DNA of 64,000 bases from Candidatus Bathyarchaeota archaeon (GTDB taxonomy: Archaea > Thermoproteota > Bathyarchaeia > TCS64), in assembly GCA_963771885.1 (NCBI GenBank), contig CAVYVF010000007.1, forward strand, positions 109,089 to 173,088, written 5' to 3'. The notes beneath the pieces are model-generated. The model was not told where the DNA came from, did no database searches, and saw only the letters and a list, made by a program, of their open reading frames with translations. Positions 43,231-57,439 of the stretch are shown one piece after another (position 1 is the first letter of the stretch; each line of letters opens with the position of its first letter). A program made the translations under genes and the position numbers.

Positions 43231-43541
43231 GTTGAACGTCTAGTGGGTTGAACTCACTCAAAAGCCATTCCTCTAGATGTATGCCTTGATCTCGGGTATG
43301 TGTTGCGCACTTTTAACAAAAATGTATGTGGACTGGACAGAATGAAGACTAATTAAAATGCTTGAATAGTGAAAATTGGGGAGGATTTGGAGTATTTGTT
43401 CAACTATTTGACTTTAAATCTTCTAAATCAATCCCAATAATTTGCGCGCGGTGTGACTTCATTTCGAAGGATTGGGCTGGTTCTGTCTCTTTGTAGAAAA
43501 AGACCTTTATCAGATAATAGACGCTGAATATCGAGAGGCAT

Positions 43542-44826
43542 ATGAGCCAAGAAATTCCAACGAGCTCCGACGCCATTTTTGATGAGAACACGCGCGGATA
43601 CTGTGGCATCCTCAAACTGAGGGGAACAGCAAGCATGTTCTCCTCCAAACTCGACGAACTCCTAGCGCAGCTCGATCACGCACAGATCGCGTGGATTGAC
43701 TATATAGTCGACGACTTCGAGAAAGACGCAGTAGAGTACACTAATAAAGCGGGTTTCTCACAGCAATCGTAAAGAAACCCTCGTCAATGTCAATGGAAGC
43801 TACGAGGACCACGACACCGAGTTAGGCCTCCTACTACCCGCTATACATGTCGAAGGCTACGACGTCAACATAGAGCCTGCTCATCCTGATACGGGACAAT
43901 CTCATTATGACCATGCACACACATAAGCGGTCCCGCTTCTACCAGATGCGCCGCTATGGCGAGACCTACCTCAGAAAGCTCCCGAAGAAAGCCAATACAG
44001 TCGACATGGTATCCCTCATACTCGTAAGGATAATCGATGAGAACAACTCCTGGAGCTTCAAGCAGCTTCAAGAAATGAATGAGCGAACCGAGACTCACGA
44101 TGGATCTCAAGGACCCAAACTCCGTTGATGCTCATGTAGGGAACCAGGTTTTTCAGCTGAAGAGGGGGCTACTCCGCTACCTTTCCGCTCTTTGGGGATT
44201 ATCCGACACGTTATCCAGTCTTCTCTAGGAGACGCTGATTTGCTCTCAGATACGCCGGAGATCGCGCAGCGAATCGTCTTCTTACAAAACGAGGTCCATC
44301 AACAATTGACACTCTCCGAGCACCTATCAGGGGTTCTTGCCTCTAAGCCTGGAGAGTCTGAAATCAATCTACAACAATCAGCTTCAGGATAGAAATAACA
44401 TGCTTCAGGATCTCAATAACAATATGACAGGAAAGGAATAATCTGCTGCAGGAGAAGAACAACCAGCTTCAAGACACCAATAATGCTCTCTCAGTTAAGA
44501 ATAACCAGCTCTCTGAGAGGAACAACGACCTGGCGGAGCTTACAATTACGTTAACCAAGAGGAATAATCAGTTGACGTCGCAGAATAATCGACTTACGAT
44601 GCTGGGTGCGTTTTTAGCGATTCTCGGCGCAGGCTTCATAGTCCCTAATACGATTGCAACTGTGATGTCGCAGACTAATATTTTCATGTTTGGACCGGGA
44701 GATATGATTTGGTATCTCGCCCTCATCGTCGGTTCTACACTTGTAACGCTTTACGCTGTCTTCTGGTGGGTGAAGAAGATTGGGTTGCTTCCAGCATCGA
44801 GGATGCCGAGACAGGTGGCCCCGTGA
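43542..44826 (+). CDS. CorA/2-TM-GxN-like transporter paralog A, multiply frameshifted
   Basis: Fragments 43542-43772, 43907-44128, 44192-44392 and 44572-44826 align collinearly with the intact paralog at 48284-49774. Confidence 0.72.
44373..44604 (+). repeat. 11 x 21 bp coding heptad repeat (NNxLxxx)
   Basis: NNQLQDR NNMLQDL NNNMQER NNLLQEK NNQLQDT NNALSVK NNQLSER NNDLAEL TITLTKR NNQLTSQ NNRLTML, after removing one extra A near 44427. Confidence 0.85.
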
Positions 44827-45136
44827 ATCCCTCTTAATTTTTTTACATTCATTACGTACGGCGACAAGTTAAAGTTTTTTTAAAAATGGTTGTACGCACG
44901 CAGATCATAACAATTTGATGAACTTTGCAGAACTGGGTTGGTAGTTGTTTGGTAGCAGCGAGTAGAGGTCATATAAGTTAATTTAGTGGTTTATGTAGTA
45001 TTTTATAATACAAAATATTAACTATCGTTTATGGTTTTTGTATGTGTATGACTAGGGTACGCTATGTGGTCTATTTAGGAAAGCCCTTAATCTTAGTTTA
45101 GTAATCATTGCAGTAACCTTTTGAGGTCTGCATAGT

Positions 45137-47858
<2,722 letters not shown>

Positions 47859-48283
47859 CTGCCTGTACATGTATGCTCGCGAGCGCCATCATACAAGGGA
47901 CTAAGCAAAGCATTTTTTACATGTCGAGGCGAGTGGCGTAATCCTTCTCTAATTCTTTCAAGAAGTGTGCGTTTGATCGTCATGCACGCGCATGATAAAT
48001 TAATCTAATCGCCTCTTTAAAACGAAGGTAATATTCTCTTGATGGTTTGTGTCAGAATAATAATCTTGAGGGACTAAAACAGTAACTAATTCCCAGCCTT
48101 CATTACCAAGTTTATTCAAACCTGACTCTATACCAGAAGAAGCTGCCCATGTCTTATATTCCCACTTCATCAGATCACCAATGAAAACTATTCTTAAGTA
48201 TAATTTGACATTTTCTATAAACGGATTTTCGTATTTAGTATGAAACTCACTATTCGCTATATGTGTGACCTATCCAAGTCAAG

Positions 48284-49774
48284 CTAATGGATGTTTTTTT
48301 CTAAAACCACATGCTCTACGTTACTAATCACTACACCCAACTTCGATAGTTGCTTTATAATACTTTCAAAATCGGCATCATTTCCTTCTATTATAATTTT
48401 CAAACCAGTTGTTCTTTTATTTAATTCAATACTTTCTACATCGACTTTTGTTACTTCTGCCAAATTACCAATATTTAATGCCAAATCTGGAATCGACTGT
48501 TGATTCAAGGTGAATATTTTTAACGTAAGCCTACTTAGCTCCAAATAATATCCCTCTAATTCTTTTTTTTGTGGTTTATCATCATCGGACATATTCGGTA
48601 ATAGTCCAACTCTTCGAACCCACCAATATACTACCCCCGTCGTAACCACCGTTGATAAAAGTATCAGAGCAATATACCAACCCGAATCACTCGGAGAGAA
48701 CAAGAAAATATTCGTCTGAGAAAGCACAGTCGCGATAGTATTTGGCACAAAGAATCCGGCTCCAATTATCGCGAGAAACGCCCCGAGCAAAGTGATCCTA
48801 TTATTAGTCGCCGTTAGCTCGTTATTTCTCTCCGATAAGGTGTTGTTGATACTCTGAAGCTGATTATTCCGGTCCTGTAACTGGTTGTTACGATCCTGTA
48901 ACTGATTATTCCGGTCCTGAAGCTGATTATTGTAGATGGACTGCATACATTCAAGACCAGAGGCGAGAACCTCAGAGAGGTGCTCCGCCAAACCCAGTTG
49001 CTGGTGAACCTCGTTCTGAAGCATAGCTATCTTATCTAGAACCACGGGAGCATCGGAGACTAGGTCCGCGTCACCATACCTCAGAGAGGATAGAGTATCA
49101 GCCGTCCCCCAGAGAGCTGAGAGGTACCCTAATAGCGCGTGCTTCTGCTGATAGATCTGGTCACCGATGTGAGCCCGGATCATGCTCTCATCTTTCAAAT
49201 CCATAGTCAGGTCGTCGCTTCGCTCATCCATCTCCTGCAGCTGCTTGAAGTTCCACGAGTTATTCTCGTCGATTATCCTCACCATTAGGAGGGTTAGCAG
49301 GTCGTTTGGCTTCATCTTCTTGGGCATTTTTCTGAAGTAGCTCTCGGCGTATCGACGCATCTGGTAGAATCGATGTCTTTTCCTCGTGTGTATGGTTAGG
49401 AGTATGTTTCCTCTGAGGAGTAGGAGTAGGGGCTCTATGTTGACGTCGAAGCCTTCTGCGTGGATTGCGGGGAGTAGTAAGCCCATCTCGGTGTCGAAGT
49501 CTTCGTAGCTTCCTCTTACGTCCATTAGCAGTCTCTTTACGAGTTGATCGCTGAAGCCGATTTTTTTCGCGGAGTCTGCTGCTTCTTTTTCGAAGTCTTC
49601 GATTATGTAGTCTATCCAGGCGATTTGGGCGTGGTCTAGGAGGTTTGTGAAGCCGTCGATCTTTGGGTTGTATTGGCTTTGTGTTCCTTTTTCTGTGAGG
49701 ATGGCGCAGTATCCTCGGTTGTTTTCGTCTAGTATTGGGTCAGTTTTTATGTGGTTTTGGTGGTTGGTGGACAT
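48284..49774 (-). CDS. CorA/2-TM-GxN-like transporter paralog B with heptad-extended stalk and C-terminal DUF211-like domain
   Basis: alpha/beta N-domain (IAWID, LLTIH), long helices, two C-terminal TMs, tail ...LKIIIEGNDADFE.I...L..LGVVI. Confidence 0.72.
   Translation of the reverse strand: MSTNHQNHIKTDPILDENNRGYCAILTEKGTQSQYNPKIDGFTNLLDHAQIAWIDYIIEDFEKEAADSAKKIGFSDQLVKRLLMDVRGSYEDFDTEMGLLLPAIHAEGFDVNIEPLLLLLRGNILLTIHTRKRHRFYQMRRYAESYFRKMPKKMKPNDLLTLLMVRIIDENNSWNFKQLQEMDERSDDLTMDLKDESMIRAHIGDQIYQQKHALLGYLSALWGTADTLSSLRYGDADLVSDAPVVLDKIAMLQNEVHQQLGLAEHLSEVLASGLECMQSIYNNQLQDRNNQLQDRNNQLQDRNNQLQSINNTLSERNNELTATNNRITLLGAFLAIIGAGFFVPNTIATVLSQTNIFLFSPSDSGWYIALILLSTVVTTGVVYWWVRRVGLLPNMSDDDKPQKKELEGYYLELSRLTLKIFTLNQQSIPDLALNIGNLAEVTKVDVESIELNKRTTGLKIIIEGNDADFESIIKQLSKLGVVISNVEHVVLEKNIH
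48785..48931 (-). repeat. 7 x 21 bp coding heptad repeat
   Basis: (NNQLQDR)x3 NNQLQSI NNTLSER NNELTAT NNRITLL, with synonymous differences between copies. Confidence 0.9.
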
Positions 49775-49854
49775 TCACTAGCCTGCGAAGTCGGGTGCCC
49801 GATTTAGGCTTTGCGTGTGTGCATCTATCAAATGAGGTGAATGCCCGCTTGGTT

Positions 49855-50055
49855 TTAGATCCTTCTTGGGGGTCCACGCGGGGGGGCGTGAGGTGGGAGG
49901 GAGGGTGGCGGTGGATTTGGATGTTGTGATATCTTGGGTGAATCATTGGAAGGGACATCGGTTGTTCCATGAACGATTTGCATGTGGTGTTTGAGTTTCT
50001 CCTCTGATTTGAAGGGAATTCCACATATCACACATTTATGCTCTTTCTTCGGCAT
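49855..50055 (-). CDS. Small C2H2 zinc-finger protein with proline-rich tail
   Basis: CVIC...F.....L..H....H; TATA-like TTTATAAA ~35 nt upstream. Confidence 0.7.
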   Translation of the reverse strand: MPKKEHKCVICGIPFKSEEKLKHHMQIVHGTTDVPSNDSPKISQHPNPPPPSLPPHAPPRGPPRRI

Positions 50056-50501
50056 TACTCGTCGCCTGTTGATCTCTGGGAAAAATAGTTTATAAACACA
50101 TTCTATGCCTCATATAATTCACTATTTCCCTGATTTTCTCCATCAATACAAAAATACACCTCTGGATTTCTATGTATCACCTTTAAAGATAAACACTTTT
50201 TTCCTACACCCAATAAGCCTCACTCGTTATCAACTAAGTTACCCATTGATTTTTTACCGAGTCCCATCTGCCCGCGGTCAAGCCACAATCTGAGATAAAC
50301 GAATCTTACCCGTGTTCTGTTGTCCACTCCTCATTATTCGAGTCCCAGCGTCCCGCCTTGCGCGCCTGAGAGAGCGCCTCAATCTCCGGTTTTTCCATTG
50401 CCAACGTATAGACAAATTCAGCCATTTGAACAGTTCCCTAGATAATACAAGGAGATATTAAACGCCCTTCTCCACTCGCATTACAGGATAATCGAGTTCC
50501 T

Positions 50502-51896
50502 CTACTGCACGAAGCAGGGCTGGCTCGAGTCTGCGATGGCGAAGAAAGAGTGCGACGACTGGGAGTGGATCGAAGAGTAGATGTTAGTTCGCCTGCGGGC
50601 CTTCTTTCTCTTAAGGAAGCTGAAGCTGCTGAACCGCGCCGTGATGATCCTCTCCGTCGAGAATATCTTCGCTGCGATCCAGAGCACAAGGACCGTGAAG
50701 ACGCTGATGTAGGCGATGCTCCTGAAATAAGCCAGTAGTTGCCTAGAAAGGCAGCTTTAGTGGCGAGCATCGTGTGTGTGTAGGGGATCGCGAGCATGAT
50801 CCACTGGATCGCCGGTGGTAGCATCTCGATGTCGCTGAACATGAGTATCATCGCCGGGATGATCAGCGGCACAATGAGGACACCTGTGAGGCTCTGGGCG
50901 CTGCGGACGCTGTCCGTGAAGACTGCGAGGCTTATCGCGAGGGCGAGCGCGAGATGAGGGTCACGAACATCACCACACCGAGCAGCGCGTAGCCGATAGG
51001 CTGTATGCCTATTCCCACACCGGTTAGGTCGACACTGGTCAGCTCTGGGGCAAAGCTGAAGGCGAGCTGGTATAGTAGCCGAAGCCGATCATGTAGCTGA
51101 TAGAGCCCGCGATAGCGATCACGACTGAGCCCGCTAGTTTACCCCGAGGATCGTGAACCTGCCGACGGGTAGCGTCATCAGCGTCTCAAGCGTCTTCTGC
51201 TCCTTCTCGAGGGCGATGCTCGTCGCAGCCATCTGGATCGCGAATATTATCATCATCATCACCATGATTGGGAGCATGATGCTCTGGCTCACGATGAGAC
51301 TCGTGATTTGGCTCGGGGCGACCTCGATGACGTTACCCTTGATTATCGACGCGTAGCTAACTGAGACGGGGTCGTGGACGATCGCAGGGCTTCCGAGTTC
51401 ACCGGTGACGTCCATCAGTTGCTGGATTATGGCGAGGGAGTAGTAGTAGTTGTAAATGCTCACGAGGCTACCCGCAACATCGGTGCCCGATGCCTCGGCG
51501 ATGTTCAGGTTCTTCAGGTTCCCGTATATCTTCACGCGACCCCGAAGCCCATCCGTCATGTTCTGCGAGTAGCCATCAGGAACGTAGACGAGGGCGACGG
51601 AGTCCGAGTCCTTAAAGTTGACAAGGGCATCCCCGAGACTCGACGCTTGAATTGTTGTAATCGTATTATTCGTCGTTATGTACTGTACTAAGATACCCGC
51701 TAGGGCACCTGCATCGTCGCTGTAAACTGAGAATTGGCCCCTTGATAGCGGTCTGGACGACTGCTTGGCTGATCTGTAGTCCTTGCCCCATGAGGGGGTA
51801 GAGGAGGAGGGGAAGCAGGACGACGCCGAAGAGGATCTTCGGGTCCCTGATCAACTCCTTAATCTCCTTATAGACTATGCTAGTGAAGCTACCCAA
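50502..51896 (-). CDS. ABC-2 type permease (NatB-like), multiply frameshifted; 3' end uncertain
   Basis: KEIKELIRDPK, IALEKEQKTLETL.TLPV, AIPYTH. Confidence 0.8.
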
Positions 51897-52618
51897 GTTG
51901 CGTCGCCTCCATGAACGCCTGTTCGAGGTTGACGGCGTTGTACTGCGCCTTCAGCTCCTCTGGTGTGCCCTCCGAGATATCTTTCCCTCGTTAATGAGGG
52001 CGACCCTGTGACAGAGGTACTCGACCTCAAGCATGTTATGGCTTGATACGAGAATGGTGACGCCCATCTTCTCGGCGTAGTCCTTGATCATGCCCCGGAC
52101 ATGGTAAGCCTGGATGACGTCGAGGCCTGAGGTTGGCTCGTCGAGTATGGCGAGCTTAGGCTTGATCATCAGGGCTCTGGCGATCAGAAGGCGCCTCTTC
52201 ATACCCCTGCTGTAGCCGTTGACCCTGTCCTTGAGGCGGTCCCCGAGGCCACTGATCTCTTTCCCTGCTTGGACCATCTCCTCTTGGCTGCCTTGTCGTG
52301 CGCGTAGAAGCCCGCCATGAAATCGAGGTACTCCTCGCCATTGAGGTACTGGTATGCCCCGGCGTCCTCGGGCAGGTAGCTTAGTATCTTACGAATATCG
52401 TCAGCTCCCTTCACGACATCATTTCCGAAGACCTGCGCAGAGCCCGAGCTTGGGCTTATGAGCGTCCCGAGTATCCTGAGCGTCGTGGTCTTCCCCGCGC
52501 CGTTGGGTCCTATAAGCCCGAATATCTCGTTCTCCTCGACGTAGAAACTCATGCCCTTCAGGGCCTCGAAGTCTCCGAAGCTCTTCTTGAGGTCACGAAC
52601 ATCGATGGCGGGTCCCAT
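51889..52618 (-). CDS. ABC transporter ATP-binding protein (NatA-like), frameshifted
   Basis: GPNGAGKTT, YSRGMKRR, LDEPTSGLD, SSHN, ending NLEQAFMEATQLG. Confidence 0.88.
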
Positions 52619-52912
52619 TAAATCCCTCTCTCAGAGCCCAGAGCAGGGCAGCCGATTTAAAGTTACCTTGAACGAGTCCCAAACGGATTTTCTCGCTAAA
52701 ATTCTATGAAAACAGGGAAAACCGGAAATTGGAGGTGAGGGCTATAAACCTCTTTTTCTTCATGAAATGATTAGACTCCTAACCATCGACGAGATCCTGC
52801 CCTCGGGAGTTAGGGTCGTATATTGGATACAATTCTTCTACTTTGGCTGTAGGCGTTTTATGGGTGCCTGTTTTAAACGGTGTGGGCGTAGCCTTTACGG
52901 AGTGTGTCCTGA

Positions 52913-53050
52913 TTGAAGGTAGATCTCGTCGTTAAGAACGCGAGGATCGTTTCGCCTCGCGGGATCGTGGAGGGCGGGATGGCGGTCGAAAACGGCGTGG
53001 TCGTCGCTGTAGCTAAAGACTCGCATCTCCCCGAGGGTGAACGGTACTAA
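52913..53050 (+). pseudogene. Truncated N-terminus of a dihydroorotase/allantoinase-like amidohydrolase
   Basis: TTG start, MKVDLVVKNARIVSPRGIVEGGMAVENGVVVAVAKDSHLPEGERY*; TATA-like TTTTAAA at ~52871; no continuation found. Confidence 0.75.
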
Positions 53051-53060
53051 GAGAGGCATC
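53040..53060. other. Archaeal-to-alphaproteobacterial sequence junction
   Basis: Gene truncation coincides with an abrupt switch in gene families and repeat content. Confidence 0.8.
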
Positions 53061-53200
53061 GCGCGCTGGACAGCCGATCGCGCGGTTGAAAAAATCCGCG
53101 ACCATTTGGATGGGAGGCGGTCGAAGATGGTCGACGCTAGGGCGCTCCCTTTCCGTCCCTGACGAATTTCGTGAGCTCGCCGAAAAGGACCTTTAGCTAT

Positions 53201-53253
53201 AGCGGACATTCCAACCAAACCGAGGAATGTCCGCTCTGGTCATAAGCGGACAT
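53201..53253. repeat. Palindromic repeat family copy 1
   Basis: AGCGGACATT-N15-AATGTCCGCT-ctggtcata-AGCGGACAT. Confidence 0.8.
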
Positions 53254-53274
53254 AGTGACCTGTCGCGGTGAAGG

Positions 53275-54833
53275 TTACACCTGAGCTATTCCCGCGTGGC
53301 GCGATCTAAGATCATCGGCCATTGCCATAGCCGTTGCGAGTGATGTTGCTGGGAAGGCCGCACCCGTCTCATAAGATTTTGCAAAGTCGATGTGAGTGCG
53401 AAGTGTGTCAGGTCGGTATGGCTTCCAGGTGTCGTATTCAAAAGCTTGAGGCAGATCAAAACGCTCGTACACCGACTTGTGCATTGTTGCATCGTCCGAT
53501 GGAAGTTTTCGATGCTGCTCTGTCCACGTTCGTCCCGTGAGGCGGGTTATCAACCCCCACCCGCTTCTTACCTCGTCGTGCCGTCTGCCTTCAGGTGATG
53601 GGTGAGTGATCAGCAAGGCCTCATCGTACCTGATGGGTTTTGGGATAACTGTTGCCTGCTTTTAGCAGCCAGCGCAATGTTGCGTCGGATAATCGGGATT
53701 TGTTTTCCTCGTAACCGCCTCCTATGTCGGCGTGATTGCCGGGAAACCAAACCTGTTCAAAAAAGATATTTCCGTTTTGATCGCGCACTCCCAGTGTAGT
53801 TTCGCCTCGATACCAAGGGACGCGGTCGAAATCTTTGCGGTTCTCATCGATTGAGATAGCGTGCTTGGCGTAGAGAACGTTGGGATTAAGCGTGTAATCG
53901 TAAAACTTCAGGTACAGGTCTGTTAGATGGATGGTGCGAAGTTTCTGCTTCCAGTCGTACTCATCGATATCAAAATCAAATTTCAAGTGTGTGTAGATGT
54001 AGGCCACGATGGCGGCAATGAAGGTCGCTCCCACAACGCCGATGAAGTTCCACCAGAACGAGCCAAGAAAAGGTACAAGCTTGCCTAGCAAAGGTAAGTC
54101 GGGGGCGAACAAAAGACCCCAACTTGCTACTGCGTCCATGATTAGGAACAACACGATGAGCGACAGCAACATCGTGGGGTTAAGCAGCGCCGCAACAGTG
54201 TCGAATATGCCGATGAAATATGGGTATACATTTGCCGGGGTAGTAGTACCAACCGAGTGATGTTGTTGTCGAAATCGTTGTGCAATCAAGTCACGCGTTT
54301 GCAGAAGAAACCGTTGCCGCGGTGTGGCGGAATGCCAAGGCCGTGACGACGTAAACTGATACACATGTTTGACCGCGTGTGATGCGAGCTGCCGGCTAGA
54401 GGCAGTATCTAACTTTAGTGGTTTGCCGTCTGGAAGTCGGGTGGGGATACCACAATTGGCAATGACGCCTGCCAAGCAGCGGACGGTGTAAGCGCCACGG
54501 CTAAAGCCGAATAGGAAGATTCGGTCACCCGGGGCGCCAAAGCCGGATAATTGCAGCGTAACAATCGACGATGTTTGCCGTAATTCCAAAACCGGTGGCT
54601 TGGCTAATCAGATTGTAAATCTTTCTTCCGACCCATCCAAAAGCGAAGCGATTGTCTCGCGGCGATCCAAGGCCAGGATCGTAAAAGGCTACTTGCTCTG
54701 CTGGATCGATTGGCGAATTTGGGCCACAACGTGTGGCGCGGAATAACTTGTAAATATTGGTTCGATCTTCGTCGAACGTGACACCCCCGGCTTGCCCTGT
54801 GCCATCTGAAAAGATCAGGATATTCTTTGCCAT
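53275..54833 (-). CDS. DUF2235 (Tle1-like alpha/beta hydrolase) with internal TM segment; ~2 frameshifts
   Basis: KNILIFSDGTG, FYDPGLG, GFSRGAY, GIFDTV, HAISIDENR, VWFPGNHADIGGG. Confidence 0.85.
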
Positions 54834-54999
54834 GCGCTCCCTGCCAACACCAGGTCGAGGTACGGCGATTGTCGCATCCGGACCTGATAGTCGAAATAGA
54901 GGCGGGCCCGCGTGATTAAGAGCACCAGCGGCTAATGACTATTTGCAAACTTGCCCGGTGTCGAGACGAGTGAATAGTTCACGCGCGCCCGGAGATGAT

Positions 55000-55047
55000 C
55001 CGACATTGATTGAGCAAGCTGCGTGATGTCCGCTTATTGCTAAGCGA
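55000..55047. repeat. Palindromic repeat family copy 2 (degenerate)
   Basis: CCGACATT...ATGTCCGCTTATTGCTAAGCGAC. Confidence 0.6.
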
Positions 55048-55071
55048 CGAACGAGACGGGCGTCTTTGAAC

Positions 55072-55260
55072 CTAACGTGATCCAGTTGTCGCGGCTGGAG
55101 TGCGCAGGTGCGCCGAATTGCTGCTGGTGTCGCGGTTTTGGCTGTTCATGAGCCATCCGCCCACAATGATGAAAAGGAGCCCGATTACAAGACCAAGCGC
55201 CACAAAGACCTGCACACCTTGGACGTCGCGCCCACTCCTTTTTGTATTTCGCTCCAACAT
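55072..55260 (-). CDS. Small single-TM hypothetical protein
   Basis: ATG 55260 with GGA-rich upstream sequence; hydrophobic VFVALGLVIGLLFIIVGGW. Confidence 0.45.
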   Translation of the reverse strand: MLERNTKRSGRDVQGVQVFVALGLVIGLLFIIVGGWLMNSQNRDTSSNSAHLRTPAATTGSR

Positions 55261-55425
55261 AGCGTGTGTCCTCTTAGAGAGGGGAGAACGACCGTCTCCA
55301 ATGTGAGTTCCCAAGGCGACGTTTGTCGGCAGACCACATGTCTAGCTTGCCCCCGAGTTCCCAAAGGACCGGCAGCCCGTGCTGGCGGCGCATCTGGATC
55401 GCTCGTTATTTCTTAAAAGTCGCGT

Positions 55426-55500
55426 ATGTCGGCTGCTGGATGTAAAGCAAACATCTTGCTGACTTGGTCGCAATGTCCGCTTATGACCCAAAGCGACATT
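55426..55500. repeat. Palindromic repeat family copy 3 (doublet)
   Basis: ATGTCGGCT..GTAAAGCAAACAT, spacer, ATGTCCGCTTATGACCCAAAGCGACAT. Confidence 0.8.
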
Positions 55501-55719
55501 AGCCGGGCCGTTCAGCGACCTGTGCCTGACCTATCCAGTCTCCCCATGAGATGAGATTTCGGCTCCACGCCAGCGGCTATTTAGAACCGCTTAACTTTAA
55601 TGCCTGCATAGTCATTTTGTGACCGCATCTTTCACGCGATCAAGGTCGGTCCACGCGCTTCAACCGGCGCGATCGATCATGCCGTCAATGTAAGCAAACA
55701 AGTTCGAGTAGCGTTGATT

Positions 55720-56900
55720 ATGACGGATGCGACCGCGGCGTTCTATAACGTCCCTTCTTTAGACGGTCGTGGTCTCCCCTCGGCAACTATCGACGGGTTC
55801 TGAACGGTGTGGTGGTCGGCCTCGGGACCGTGGCCGCCGTGTGCATCCTCGTCACCACGGTCACGGTGGCGGCTGCATGGATTATCAATACCGCTCTCGC
55901 CACCAATCCCTATATCCGTGTGCGCGCGCCGTCGGGGACGCTGGCCCTCGCCAAACACGGGCCGACTCTGGCTAGCGCCGTGGATGTGTCCGGGTCGACG
56001 CAGGTTTCGACCGCTCCCGTCGACGCTCCGGATGTTGTGACCTTTGAGGCAAGATGGGCTCGCACGACGGCTTCCGCACCAACCAGAGCAGAGCCGCTTG
56101 TATCGGAGCGTCCTCTCGAACGCGCGAACAATGTGTCTTCGCCGCCGCCGCATCCACTGGACCTTCCACAGAGTCAGGCGAAGCCTGAAATCGCCCATGC
56201 CCTCGATTTAACGCATACCGCCAAATTGACTCCCGCTGCGGCCCCCTCTTCTCCACCCTTCAGAACCCTTCCGCTACCGCCGAAGCGCCCGGCCGAATGG
56301 GCCAATAACGTGCCGCTGCCGCAACCAAATCCAGCGAAGCATGAACTAGTTCGTTCGCTCGTCGGCCAAACCGCTTCGCCGGTCGCAGCGGCTACGCCGC
56401 CGCCAGCATCCACCTCTGAGAAGCAGGTTATTCCGCCGCAAGTTCACGACAAGTCGATGTCGCCGCTCGATCCCGACAACCGCGCCGCGGTTTATGACAT
56501 CTCCGCGCGCACGGTCTATTTGCCCAACGGTGAAAAGCTGGAGGCACATTCGGGGTTGGGTGACAAAATCGATGATCCTCAATACGTGCACGTCAGGATG
56601 CGCGGGCCGACTCCGCCGAATGTCTACGACCTCACATTGCGAGAAAAGCTATTCCACGGCGTTCGGGCCATCCGCCTCAATCCAGTCGACGACAGCAAAA
56701 TGTTCGGACGCGATGGCATTCTGGCACATTCTTACATGCTGGGTTCCAACGGTCAGTCGAATGGATGCGTGTCTTTCAAGAATTATCAGAAATTCCTGCA
56801 AGCCTTTTTAAGCGGTGAGGTCGACCGACTTGTCGTGGTGCCCAATCTTGGGAGCGAGCCTTCGCGTATCGCCCGCGCTCGGCTTGCGGCGGTGCCGTAG
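55720..56900 (+). CDS. DUF2778/Tlde1-domain (L,D-transpeptidase-like) membrane-anchored protein; 5' frameshift(s)
   Basis: AVYDISARTVYLPNGEKLEAHSGLG, GPTPPNVY, AHSYML...SNGCVSF; Pro-rich linker. Confidence 0.85.
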
Positions 56901-56964
56901 CCGCGCCGTTGATTCGTCTTACCGCCTGATCCTATTATCGCCCCTACGCAAATGGGCCGACGCA

Positions 56965-57315
56965 ATGGGCTACAACGCACGCAACGATGAAATCCGCGAC
57001 AACGTCACGCGGATGCGGCGTGAGTGGGAAGCGCAGCGGGACGCGCTGGCAACCGTCCGCCGCTTCAATGCGCGGCTCTCGGCCAAAAGCTATGCGTGGT
57101 TCTGGCCCAAGATCGCCGCCGCGCTAACTTCAAAGCATCATTGGTTGGTCATCAACTGCGACAGTTGTGGGACCGTGGTGGATTTAGACTTGCGCGTGAA
57201 GCCGCGCGATCCGGAAGCCTCCATCCGTATGGCGCTACGCGACGTGCGCTGCCCTCGGTGTAATGGGTATGGCAGGCCGCGCATCATTGCGCTGGCGCAG
57301 CATCCGTCCATCTAA
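56965..57315 (+). CDS. Hypothetical zinc-ribbon protein
   Basis: CDSC...CPRC. Confidence 0.6.
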   Translation: MGYNARNDEIRDNVTRMRREWEAQRDALATVRRFNARLSAKSYAWFWPKIAAALTSKHHWLVINCDSCGTVVDLDLRVKPRDPEASIRMALRDVRCPRCNGYGRPRIIALAQHPSI

Positions 57316-57439
57316 AGACTTGCTAGGCAAGCGAGTTCCAGATGCCACCGCGCCGCCGGAATACCACCATCAAAATACCCTGTGCGCGAGTCGAGATTTA
57401 GACGAACGCCCCACGGATCATGATCCTATAATCCTGCCC

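Noticed and set aside
50447..50580. Short plus-strand stretch ...FLYCTKQGWLESAMAKKECDDWEWIEE*
   Set aside because: No in-frame start upstream of this stretch (only an internal ATG giving 14 aa) and no recognisable family; possibly a remnant
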